Assembly (NCBI GenBank): GCA_963730935.1
Contig: CAVSTP010000002.1
Coordinates: 736,001-800,000, forward strand
Direction of reading: 5' to 3'
Source: an uncultured Nitrospiraceae bacterium
Lineage (GTDB): Bacteria > Nitrospirota > Nitrospiria > Nitrospirales > Nitrospiraceae
Length of the DNA: 64,000 nucleotides
The notes under the pieces were generated by a model. That model was not told where the DNA came from and searched no databases. It saw only the letters and a program-made list of their open reading frames with translations. The first letter of the stretch is position 1. The number at the start of each line of letters is the position of its first letter. Of the stretch, positions 39,541-48,163 are shown in pieces. Made by a program: the position numbers and the translations under genes.

Positions 39541-39626
39541 GCCATAGGAGCATCAATTAGCGAGTGTCGTGAATGAACAAACCCGAGTGAATCCTGCACC
39601 ACTACCACCCTGGAAGGAGGACATCG

Positions 39627-40094
39627 ATGTCGGCAGCTGAAGCGATGAGACCAGTCGAGATCTTGTTGGTAGAAGATAACCCAGGCGATGTACGCCTGAC
39701 GAAGGAGGCGTTGAAGGAAGCGAAGGTCATCAACAACCTGACCGTGCTCAAGGATGGGGTTGAAGCTCTGGCATTCCTACGCCAGCAGGGATCCTACGGC
39801 GGTGCTGTCATCCCTCACCTGATCCTGCTGGACTTGAACCTTCCGAAGAAGGACGGCCGTGAAGTCCTGGCTGAAATCAAAGCTGACGAGAAACTGAAGC
39901 GCATTCCGGTCGTCGTGTTGACCACCTCGCAGGATGAACAAGACGTGTTTAAGAGCTATAACCTGCACGCCAACTGTTATGTGACCAAGCCGGTGGATTT
40001 GGAGCAGTTCATGACCGTCGTCAAATCGATCGAAGATTTCTGGTTGGGAATTGTGATGCTGCCGAAGAACGGAACCGTCCGCCGGCAGGGATGA
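39627..40094 (+). CDS. Single-domain response regulator (Rcp1 type)
   Basis: [32 protein letters not shown]. Confidence 0.93.
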   Translation: MSAAEAMRPVEILLVEDNPGDVRLTKEALKEAKVINNLTVLKDGVEALAFLRQQGSYGGAVIPHLILLDLNLPKKDGREVLAEIKADEKLKRIPVVVLTTSQDEQDVFKSYNLHANCYVTKPVDLEQFMTVVKSIEDFWLGIVMLPKNGTVRRQG

Positions 40095-40100
40095 GGCGCC

Positions 40101-41552
40101 ATGCGCATCTTGATGGTTGAAGATAGTCCCGGCGACGTCAGGCTGCTGCGAGAGCATCTGGCGGGAAATCATAGCGTCGGCGAGGTGTTCCACGTGGTGC
40201 ATGTCGAACGACTCGCGCTCGCCTTGCAGTCTCTGGACGAGGGCGCGTTTGAGGTCGTGCTGCTCGACCTTTCGCTGCCGGACAGCCAGGGTATCGGCAC
40301 GCTGACCAAAATGCACGCGGCCAGGCCGGGCATGCCGATCGTCGTCCTGACAAGCCTTGATGACGAGACCTTGGGCCTGCAGTTGCTCCAGCGTGGTGCG
40401 CAGGATTACCTGGTCAAGGGAGAGATGACGGCTTCACTCCTGCGGCGTTCGCTCCGTTACGCCGTCGAGCGCAAGCGGGCGGAGGTTGAATTACGAACGA
40501 GCGAAGTCTTTCTCGAATCCATTGTGGAAAATATCCCGCACATGATTTTTGTGAAGGATGCCAGTGAATTGAGGTTCGTGCGATTCAACAAGGCCGGAGA
40601 AGAGCTGCTTGGGAACACGCGCCAGAACCTGATCGGAAAGTCCGACTACGAGTTGTTTCGGAAAGAGGAGGCAGATTTCTTCACGGGCGCTGATCGGGAT
40701 GTGTTCAGGAGCCGCAAGGTGCTTGATATCCCGGAAGAGCCCATCCTCACCAAGGGAAAAGGCCTGCGGTGCCTTCATACGAAAAAAATTCCAATTCTCG
40801 ACGAAAACGACCAACCGCTTTACTTGCTTGGAATCTCAGAAGACATCACTGAACGCAAGCGCGCGGAGAACCAGTTGCAACGGTCATTTGAACTCCTCCG
40901 AACACTCTCTCAAAGGCTGGATGTGGTGCGGGAGCAAGAGCGAACCCGGATTGCCAGGGAGTTGCACGATGAGCTGGGGGTCCGCATGACCTGCATGAAA
41001 ATGGACCTGTCCAGACTGCTGGCCATGATGCGAGAGTCGCTCTTCCCTCGAGAAAAAATGGAGGAGAAAATCCGCGCGATGAACGCAGAAGTCGATACCA
41101 CGATCGCCGAAGTGCAACGGCTGGCGGCGGAGCTGAGGCCCGGAGTGTTGGATGATCTTGGCCTGGTGGCGGCCATTGAATGGCAGTGCCAGGATTTTGA
41201 ACGACGGAGCGGCATACGCTGTCTCTGCGAAGCGTCGTTCGATGAAATCAAGATCAGCCCCTCGCGTGCCACGGCGGCGTTCCGGATTTGCCAGGAGGCC
41301 CTCGTCAATGTAGCACGCCACGCCAAGGCGACGTTTGTCCGAGTGCTGGTGAAGGAGAGCGGCGACGATGTATTGATCGAAATACAGGACAACGGTCAAG
41401 GCATTCCAGCCGAAAAGCTCTACGATGCGGCGTCATTGGGTCTCCTGGGCATGAAGGAGCGTTCAATGGCTATCGGCGGCAGGCTCGAAATCGCCGGCTG
41501 GCCTGGGAAGGGCACGACCGTGACGTTGCGATTACGATGTCAGGATGCGTGA
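40101..41552 (+). CDS. Hybrid REC-PAS-HisKA_3 histidine kinase
   Basis: REC (LLDLSLPD), PAS (IFVKD, DITERK), ERTRIARELHDELG, QEALVNVARHA. Confidence 0.93.
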   Translation: MRILMVEDSPGDVRLLREHLAGNHSVGEVFHVVHVERLALALQSLDEGAFEVVLLDLSLPDSQGIGTLTKMHAARPGMPIVVLTSLDDETLGLQLLQRGAQDYLVKGEMTASLLRRSLRYAVERKRAEVELRTSEVFLESIVENIPHMIFVKDASELRFVRFNKAGEELLGNTRQNLIGKSDYELFRKEEADFFTGADRDVFRSRKVLDIPEEPILTKGKGLRCLHTKKIPILDENDQPLYLLGISEDITERKRAENQLQRSFELLRTLSQRLDVVREQERTRIARELHDELGVRMTCMKMDLSRLLAMMRESLFPREKMEEKIRAMNAEVDTTIAEVQRLAAELRPGVLDDLGLVAAIEWQCQDFERRSGIRCLCEASFDEIKISPSRATAAFRICQEALVNVARHAKATFVRVLVKESGDDVLIEIQDNGQGIPAEKLYDAASLGLLGMKERSMAIGGRLEIAGWPGKGTTVTLRLRCQDA

Positions 41553-41597
41553 GAGGCTCGAGATTGCGGTTGTCGATGATTGTTGCAGAGGACCAGC

Positions 41598-42227
41598 ATG
41601 CTCAAGATTCTGATCGCGGATGACCATTCCATATTTCGACGCGGCCTGAAGGACTTACTGTGCGATGGTCTGGGAGCCGTCACGGTGGGGGAGTGCGCCA
41701 ACGCCTTTGACCTCCTCCAGTTGGTCAAGCAGAAGAAATGGGACGTTGTCATCTTGGATATTGGCATGCCGGGAACAACAGGGACCGATGCTCTCATTCA
41801 AGTCAAACGTCAACATCCGTCGCTGCCGGTGATCATGCTGAGCATGCATCCCGAGGATCAATACGCCGTGCGCATGTTCAAAGCGGGGGCCAATGCGTAT
41901 CTCACAAAGGCCAGCGCTCCTGAAGAACTCGTGACGGCCATCAAGAAAGTCCTGGCCGGCGGAAACTACGTGAGCCCATCGCTCGGAGAACAACTGGTGC
42001 ATCTGTTTCATCGAGGCGAAGAGCGGCCTCCCCACGAACTGCTTTCAGACCGTGAATTCGAAGTCATGCGTCTTCTCTCCTCAGGGAAGACCGTCTCGCA
42101 AATCGCCGAAAGCATGAATCTCGGCACCACCACCGTGAGTACCTACCGCGCCCGCATTCTGGAGAAATTACACCTCAAGAATAACGCCGAACTGATGCGC
42201 TACGCCGTTCAGCAAGGCATCGGATAG
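41598..42227 (+). CDS. NarL/LuxR-family response regulator
   Basis: IADDH, LDIGMP, LSDREFEV, TVSTYRARILEKL. Confidence 0.95.
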   Translation: MLKILIADDHSIFRRGLKDLLCDGLGAVTVGECANAFDLLQLVKQKKWDVVILDIGMPGTTGTDALIQVKRQHPSLPVIMLSMHPEDQYAVRMFKAGANAYLTKASAPEELVTAIKKVLAGGNYVSPSLGEQLVHLFHRGEERPPHELLSDREFEVMRLLSSGKTVSQIAESMNLGTTTVSTYRARILEKLHLKNNAELMRYAVQQGIG

Positions 42228-42419
42228 CCCCTCGCCGTTGTATCCCTCGTGTAGTCCTTCGCCTGTCGTTGGAACGAGGACATCACAATCGTGGTCGCAC
42301 TGATAGTGCGACCCTCAGCGCTCCGCTATAAGTCCCACCCAATGCCTTTGCCGGATAGCGTCGCTATGCCGGTAGCCTATCGAGACCACTGCAGTTGCAG
42401 GAAGAAAGGAACGAGCCGA

Positions 42420-42704
42420 ATGAGCTCCATGACCGTGCAGTCTGCGATTCAATTGCATTTAAGTCGGGAAGGGCCGTGCACTCTCGAGAGTCTGCTCACT
42501 CGCCTGTCTGAATTTTCTTGGAGCGAGATATTCAGCGTGGTGGATCAGCTCAGCCGAGAGGGGAGCCTGGTCCTTCGCCGTCCCGCCCGTTTTGGATATG
42601 AAGTGTCGATCAGCTCACCTCAGGTGGTGTCCGAATCTGCGCCGTCAAGCGCCACATTGGCCTGCAATCGCTCGAGTTGCATGGACGACTACTCGGCCTC
42701 CTAG
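42420..42704 (+). CDS. Small hypothetical protein (possible winged helix)
   Basis: GPCTLESL...FSWSEIFSVVDQLSREG; RBS AAGGA. Confidence 0.65.
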   Translation: MSSMTVQSAIQLHLSREGPCTLESLLTRLSEFSWSEIFSVVDQLSREGSLVLRRPARFGYEVSISSPQVVSESAPSSATLACNRSSCMDDYSAS

Positions 42705-42767
42705 GTCATAACACGGTTCATAAATAGAGACGGGGCGGCAGCAACCCTACTATTGAAGGTACATGTT

Positions 42768-43001
42768 ATGAGATTGGTCGTTATGTGTTGTCTCTGTGAG
42801 AACGTCTACGGTGACATGGAAAAGGAAGTGGGGAAGGCACGCTGGAAGGATCAGAACTGATTTATGGCCAAGTATCAGTTCAGACGAGCTGAGATTCGAG
42901 TTACCCACGGGTACTGCCCAGACTGTTTGCAGTCCTATCGAACCTTTCTGGCGTTACCGCAGGAACGCCGCCGTGCATCGCAGAAGGAAGGAAAGTCATG
43001 A
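42768..43001 (+). pseudogene. Small Cys-rich protein with an in-frame TGA at codon 31
   Basis: MRLVVMCCLCENV...RWKDQN*FMAKYQ...VTHGYCPDCLQ...; TGA 42858-42860; final stop overlaps next ATG; same Cys pattern as 44302-44550. Confidence 0.7.
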
Positions 43002-43996
43002 ACGTGGCGATGGAAGGATCTCCAAGACCCGGTCGAATCTGGTCAATCGTAGTAGGCGGCGGGGACGGCGGTCGCATGACAGACTTCATTCAGCGCTGGT
43101 TGGGATATCCCCGGCCGAAACAATACTGCACCTTTGTCGGAGACCGATCATTGTTCCAACACACATTGGACCGCGCTTCCGCCCTCAGCCGGCAGGAACA
43201 TCTCTTGGCTGTCGTGGCCCGGGAGCATGGTCAAGAGGCATGGTCCCAGTTGGAAGTGCGAGGCGCCGGGACGGTGCTGCTGCAGCCAAGAGAGCGTGAT
43301 TCAGCAGCCGGCATGTATCTGTCATTGACCTATCTGAGAGCGAAAGATTCTCAGGCGACGGTCGTGATCTATCCTTCCGATCATTTCGTGTGTCCGGAGA
43401 CGGGGTTCATGGTCTCCGTCCATCGGGCGCTGTGCGCACTCGAGTGGCTTCCCGATCGGTTCGTCGTCCTTGGCGTGCCTCCTGACCGGCTTGAGCTGGA
43501 CTATGGGTGGATTGTGCCTGGCGAAAAGATCGACCGCTCAGAAACGTATCGAATCCGCACTGTCAAGACCTTCGTAGGGAGACCGAGTGTCGCCGAGGCG
43601 GATGCGGCATTGGCCGGAGGCGCGTTGTGGAATACGTCTGTGATCGCCGCCAAGGCGGAGACGCTGTGGCACATGGGATGGCAGTGTTTTCCCGACCTCA
43701 TGCCGCGATTTGAACGGCTCAGCCGTTCGATCGGAACGTCGAAGGAAGCACAGATTCTCGACGAGATTTATCACAACATTCCCGCCTACGATCTGGCGTC
43801 GGAGCTGCTCCAGCGCGCGCCGGACCGCGCCGCTGTTCTGGAGATGCACGGGGTCCTTTGGAGTGATTGGGGAAAACCGACACGGATTATTGATTCGTTG
43901 CGCAGGATTGGGCGGGAACCAGCCTTTCCGTTGGAGTGTCTGGGGCGTCCGTACGATCGAATTCCACTGGTTGGGGAAGCGGTGGCCGAACTTTGA
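42998..43996 (+). CDS. Sugar-phosphate nucleotidyltransferase (mannose-1-P guanylyltransferase-like)
   Basis: GGGDGGR, PKQY, PSDH, YGWI, LWNT, WSDWG. Confidence 0.88.
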   Translation: MNVAMEGSPRPGRIWSIVVGGGDGGRMTDFIQRWLGYPRPKQYCTFVGDRSLFQHTLDRASALSRQEHLLAVVAREHGQEAWSQLEVRGAGTVLLQPRERDSAAGMYLSLTYLRAKDSQATVVIYPSDHFVCPETGFMVSVHRALCALEWLPDRFVVLGVPPDRLELDYGWIVPGEKIDRSETYRIRTVKTFVGRPSVAEADAALAGGALWNTSVIAAKAETLWHMGWQCFPDLMPRFERLSRSIGTSKEAQILDEIYHNIPAYDLASELLQRAPDRAAVLEMHGVLWSDWGKPTRIIDSLRRIGREPAFPLECLGRPYDRIPLVGEAVAEL

Positions 43997-44016
43997 GCGA
44001 GAGGAGAAAAAAGACT

Positions 44017-44256
44017 ATGAAACAGCAGGCGAGATCACGCGAGCTCCGCACGGGCAAATCATCCAATGGTCTGGAGATAGCACACGCTTCTTCCGATCAT
44101 ATCTATGCGCGCGTCGCGGTATTGGCCTATTCCATGTACGAGCAGCGCGGGCGTCAAGACGGTCATGATGTCGAAGATTGGTTTCAGGCAGAGAAAACGA
44201 TTCTGGAGGAGATGGCATCGCAAGACACAGGAAGCAAAGCTCGTTCCGTTGTGTGA
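44017..44256 (+). CDS. DUF2934 domain protein
   Basis: AY.MYEQRG...G.DVEDWFQAE. Confidence 0.88.
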   Translation: MKQQARSRELRTGKSSNGLEIAHASSDHIYARVAVLAYSMYEQRGRQDGHDVEDWFQAEKTILEEMASQDTGSKARSVV

Positions 44257-44301
44257 TTGAAGAAGCGGCGATAGAAGCGAACAGGAAACGAGGAGAAGCG
44301 A

Positions 44302-44550
44302 ATGCTGCTGATGTGCTGTTTCTGCGACCAAGTACGCGACGAATCGATGGGTCACGGTCACTGGCGGGAACTGCACGTATATATGGGGTCCCGCTCCTCG
44401 AAGCGAGAGGACACCGTCCTGTCGTACATCTGTTGCCACAATTGCATGCAGGATGATCCACGGGCGATTGCGTTCCGAACAAGGCAGAGCGACTCAATCG
44501 AGTCCGATCTTCCAGCTAGGGCACGATCGAGGCGATCGATTGTGGCCTAA
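44302..44550 (+). CDS. Small Cys-rich putative metal-binding protein
   Basis: MCCFCDQVRD...W...LSYICCHNC; RBS GAGGAG. Confidence 0.75.
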   Translation: MLLMCCFCDQVRDESMGHGHWRELHVYMGSRSSKREDTVLSYICCHNCMQDDPRAIAFRTRQSDSIESDLPARARSRRSIVA

Positions 44551-44575
44551 CTGTTGTGCATGGCCAAAAGGAATC

Positions 44576-44971
44576 ATGACGATGTTACAGGATGATGACC
44601 ACAATGCCTCGGCCGCTGTCCCACGCACTGAAAGAGGACAGCTGAATTCAGGTATCGTGGTGTTCTCTTCGACCCGCAAGGCGTTATACGTGAACGAGGT
44701 AGGGCAGCAGCATCTGCTGCAATTGAATCGAAACGAGAACGGACATTCGGCCAATACTGCCATCCCCAGGTCGGTCGATCATCTCTTGGACGAGATGCTG
44801 TCCTTGCTCCAAGTTCGCGGTTCGGATCGGGGTTGGAAACAGTTGGAGGCCAGACGCCTGCTCGTGGCTCCAGATCGATCAGTGTTGGTCAGAACGTTCG
44901 GCATCTCTGATCGCTTGGACATCAAGCGATCATTAATCGTCCTCACGATTCAAGAAACCCACGCGTCTTGA
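44576..44971 (+). CDS. Hypothetical PAS-like protein
   Basis: GIVVFS...LYVNE, ending SLIVLTIQE. Confidence 0.65.
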   Translation: MTMLQDDDHNASAAVPRTERGQLNSGIVVFSSTRKALYVNEVGQQHLLQLNRNENGHSANTAIPRSVDHLLDEMLSLLQVRGSDRGWKQLEARRLLVAPDRSVLVRTFGISDRLDIKRSLIVLTIQETHAS

Positions 44972-45056
44972 CCCGACTATTGGTAGACGCTTCAGCCTTC
45001 TGGCTCATCACCTGTCGAGACCAGCTTCACGCCGTTGCGAACGAGCTGAGTGAGGG

Positions 45057-45914
45057 TCAGCGGATCACGAGGACGGGGCAGGCGACATGATGCACGATCG
45101 CATGGGAGACGCTTCCGAGGAGAAACCGATCCAGCCCTTCCCGTCCATGCGACCCTACCACGACCAGGTCGAAATCTCTTGAGACATGTGAGATCACCGA
45201 GACCGGGTCACCCTTTATCACACGGCTTGAAGTCGTGAACTGCGGCGACGGCAGATGTTCTGCACAGGATCGAGCATACTCTTCGGCCTGACGTGCGACT
45301 TCCTCTGGCCAGGTCGCAAAGGCGGCCGCAGGCGATTCGTCGAACACAGGGAGAATCGGCACGGCCGTCAACACCATCGCTTCCATCGTCGTCCGGAATG
45401 GATGGCGGAGCAACCAATCACAGATCCGTGCCCCATCTGTCCGGCCTTCAATGGCGATCAGCACCCGCCGGACCCGCTTGGCTTCGCCTTTGACCAGCAA
45501 GGTCGGCTGGGTCGCATGCAATAGCACTCGATGCGACACACTGGTCAGCACGAGTTCGGCGACGCGCGAGTGGTCGTGGGTGCCGACCACGATGAGATCG
45601 GCCGATATGGAGGAGGCGGTGTCGAGCAGAAACCGTGCCGGCTTGCCGAAGTCGCAGAGTCGCCGGGGTTTTGGAACGTCTTCGGGCAGCATCGTCTCCG
45701 CCCGCTCCAGCGATTCGCAGCCGGCCTCGAACATCGATTTACGGAAGATGTCATAGCCCTGCAGGTTGGCGGCTTCCGCGACGATGGGATACTCGAACAG
45801 TCCGAGATCGACACCGTGGACCAGCGTGATTTCGTCGGGGCGGTAGAGCAGACCGAGCTGTTCGACGGCGGCAAACGCCGCATCCGACCAATCGATTCCG
45901 GCAACCACCTTCAT
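45057..45914 (-). CDS. Universal stress protein (tandem USP)
   Basis: Two USP domains; DLVVVGSHGR...LGSVSH...CPVLVIR. Confidence 0.93.
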   Translation of the reverse strand: MKVVAGIDWSDAAFAAVEQLGLLYRPDEITLVHGVDLGLFEYPIVAEAANLQGYDIFRKSMFEAGCESLERAETMLPEDVPKPRRLCDFGKPARFLLDTASSISADLIVVGTHDHSRVAELVLTSVSHRVLLHATQPTLLVKGEAKRVRRVLIAIEGRTDGARICDWLLRHPFRTTMEAMVLTAVPILPVFDESPAAAFATWPEEVARQAEEYARSCAEHLPSPQFTTSSRVIKGDPVSVISHVSRDFDLVVVGSHGREGLDRFLLGSVSHAIVHHVACPVLVIR

Positions 45915-45954
45915 GCGTCACTCACGTCGTCGGTCTCTTCTCACCGGGAAGACA

Positions 45955-46605
45955 CTACGCAGCCCGCGATTGTTTCGCGGCCTTCAGGTAATCGAGCACC
46001 TCGGCGTCGTCCATTTGTGGGAAGGAATGGTAATGGTGGCCGACCGCGATGAAGGGCTCAGGCGTGGCCAAGACGACGAGGTCGTCGACCCGGCTCCGCA
46101 AAGGAGAGACGTTTTCTTGGGGTGCGACGGGAATGGCGGCCACCAGGCGTCGAGGGGACAACTCTGAGATGGCCTCAAGCGTTGCGAAGAAGGTCGCCCC
46201 GGTCGCCATCCCGTCATCGACGAGGATGACGGTCCGTCCCGCGACCTCGGCGAGCGGCAATCCGTTCCGGTAGAGTCGTTGGCGCCGGGAAATTTCCTCG
46301 TGGGCAGCTCCGACCAAGGCGTCGAGCTCGGCACGTGAAAGGTGGAACGCCTGAACGGCATCCGGATTGAGATATACGGCCCCGGTTTCACTCAGCGCGC
46401 CGATCGCATACTCAGGGTTGCCCGGCGCGCCCAATTTCCTCGTGACAAAGACATCCAGCGGCAGACGTAGCGCGAGGCTGAGGTCGTAGCCAACGGCGAC
46501 TCCACCGCGAGGCAGGGCCAAAATGAGTCCGCTGGGATCGTCTCGATAGGCTTCGAGCTTCGCTGCCAACAGACTGCCCGCTTCTTCCCGATCATGGAAG
46601 ATCAC
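45955..46605 (-). CDS. Phosphoribosyltransferase-family protein
   Basis: FHDREEAG, LPRGG, RKLGAP, ILVDDGMATG; GTG start after GAGGAG. Confidence 0.92.
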   Translation of the reverse strand: MIFHDREEAGSLLAAKLEAYRDDPSGLILALPRGGVAVGYDLSLALRLPLDVFVTRKLGAPGNPEYAIGALSETGAVYLNPDAVQAFHLSRAELDALVGAAHEEISRRQRLYRNGLPLAEVAGRTVILVDDGMATGATFFATLEAISELSPRRLVAAIPVAPQENVSPLRSRVDDLVVLATPEPFIAVGHHYHSFPQMDDAEVLDYLKAAKQSRAA

Positions 46606-46708
46606 CGAGCTCCTCACCACGATCGCACGGTTGCAACAACAGAGCAATTAGGGTGCGTGTTGGATCAGTTGCGAGGCTGTCTCAAGCGTCGGCCGTCGGG
46701 TCACTGAC

Positions 46709-47221
46709 TCACATGGCATTTGACACGAAGGTGTTTCGCCGAGGTGTCGTTTGCACGGGGGCCATGTGGACATGCTTCGGGCCGTACGTACACATCGCGA
46801 ACACGATGCTGCGGAACAGAAGATCTGCCGCGTCCTCCATGCGGATGAAGGCTACGGCACCGGCTGCGATCATCGCGTTATACAGATAGGGCGTGTACTC
46901 AGCCGACGTGCCGAGGATTACCACTTGTGGGAGAAGCTTCTTGATCCGACGAATAGTGTCAACGCTGTTGGGCAGGTGGGTATCCATCAGCATGAGATCG
47001 ACTGGAATCGTCTTGAGCTGTTCAATCGCCTGGTCGCCATCCGATGCTTCCCCGACCACTTCGACAAGATCCGAATAGCCGTCGAGAATCACACGGATCA
47101 TTTCACGAATGGACGTGTGAGGGTTGACGATTAGTACGCGCCATCGCAAGCCGGCTTCAGTCGTCTTCGACACCGATGAGGGATGGTGTTCAAAGGGTTT
47201 TGTCGACTTAAATGTCAGCAT
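46709..47221 (-). CDS. Atypical standalone receiver-domain protein
   Basis: NarL-like REC fold (VVGEASDG, MLMD) lacking the acidic pair and the conserved Lys. Confidence 0.8.
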   Translation of the reverse strand: MLTFKSTKPFEHHPSSVSKTTEAGLRWRVLIVNPHTSIREMIRVILDGYSDLVEVVGEASDGDQAIEQLKTIPVDLMLMDTHLPNSVDTIRRIKKLLPQVVILGTSAEYTPYLYNAMIAAGAVAFIRMEDAADLLFRSIVFAMCTYGPKHVHMAPVQTTPRRNTFVSNAM

Positions 47222-47360
47222 GACAAGCCCTCCTCGTCTCTCTCAATGTGACTGGATTCCGTGTACGTAGCGCTTTACGGAAGTTTTCAAAACTAGGGAG
47301 GTCCCTAGTCTGCAGAAACACCATGTTAATCAAGTTGTTAAAGGGCTCTTTGACCAAACT

Positions 47361-47390
47361 TTGACCCAATAGGCCGTCGGCTGATACACT
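47361..47390 (+). promoter_or_regulatory. Putative sigma70 promoter
   Basis: TTGACC, 18 nt spacer, TACACT; ~155-nt leader to ATG 47553. Confidence 0.5.
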
Positions 47391-47552
47391 GAGCAACCGT
47401 ACGAGCTACATCCCGCTACCTCGCGCCCCTACCTTCCTATTCCTTGTGTTGCGCGAACCCTTTCGACGTTGCTCTTACGCGGTGCTCTTGTGCCTGTTCG
47501 TCTGGACCCTGCGAGCGTGAAGTACGACAGGAAACTTATGAAGGGAGTACCG

Positions 47553-47780
47553 ATGAAAATGTCCCATGGCTGGAAGTCAAACAGCAGAAAGAAAAAAACC
47601 AAACCGACCTACAAGATTCGTTGGGAGGCATTGGGATTGTCACGGCCGGATCGAACCCAAGCTTCGATCGAGGACATCAGAAGCGAAGTCTCGATGTTAG
47701 CCACTCAAGGATTGAGCGAAAGGATTCAGACGCCATCCGCGAGGACCACCGTCCATAGACCTGGGCACAAACGAAAGTAG
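47553..47780 (+). CDS. Small basic hypothetical protein
   Basis: RBS AGGGAG; MKMSHGWKSNSRKKKTKPTYKIRWEALG... Confidence 0.55.
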   Translation: MKMSHGWKSNSRKKKTKPTYKIRWEALGLSRPDRTQASIEDIRSEVSMLATQGLSERIQTPSARTTVHRPGHKRK

Positions 47781-47810
47781 CAACTGGTTCCTTTCGAGAA
47801 GGAGGACACC

Positions 47811-47999
47811 ATCGCACGAGCAGGAAAGACAACGCTAGCCAAACGCGACCGCGAAAAGAAGCTCCAACAGCAGCGGAAGGAAAAAGAAGCCAAACGTGTT
47901 CTCCGTAAGGCGGAAAAACCCTCGCGGGGCACCACTGCCGAAGGAGAAGATCCGGATCTGGCCGGGCTGCAATGGGGACCGCAGCCCCCAGCGTACTAA
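47811..47999 (+). CDS. Small basic protein with ATC start codon (62 aa)
   Basis: AAGGAGGACACC-ATC; (M)ARAGKTTLAKRDREKKLQQQRKEKEAKR...EDPDLAGLQWGPQPPAY*; not in ORF track. Confidence 0.7.
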   Translation: MARAGKTTLAKRDREKKLQQQRKEKEAKRVLRKAEKPSRGTTAEGEDPDLAGLQWGPQPPAY

Positions 48000-48163
48000 A
48001 CGTGGTCAATGAGAGACGATTCGCAGCGCCTCCCGGTCGGTTCCAGTTACCGATACGTGACTGAAACACGCGCAAAATAGCACGTATTTTCGATCGGTCT
48101 TAAGGAATCTCTCTTGCGTGCGTGCTCCGTGCCTTTTACAATCGCCTCGGCTGAGAGGCGTTC

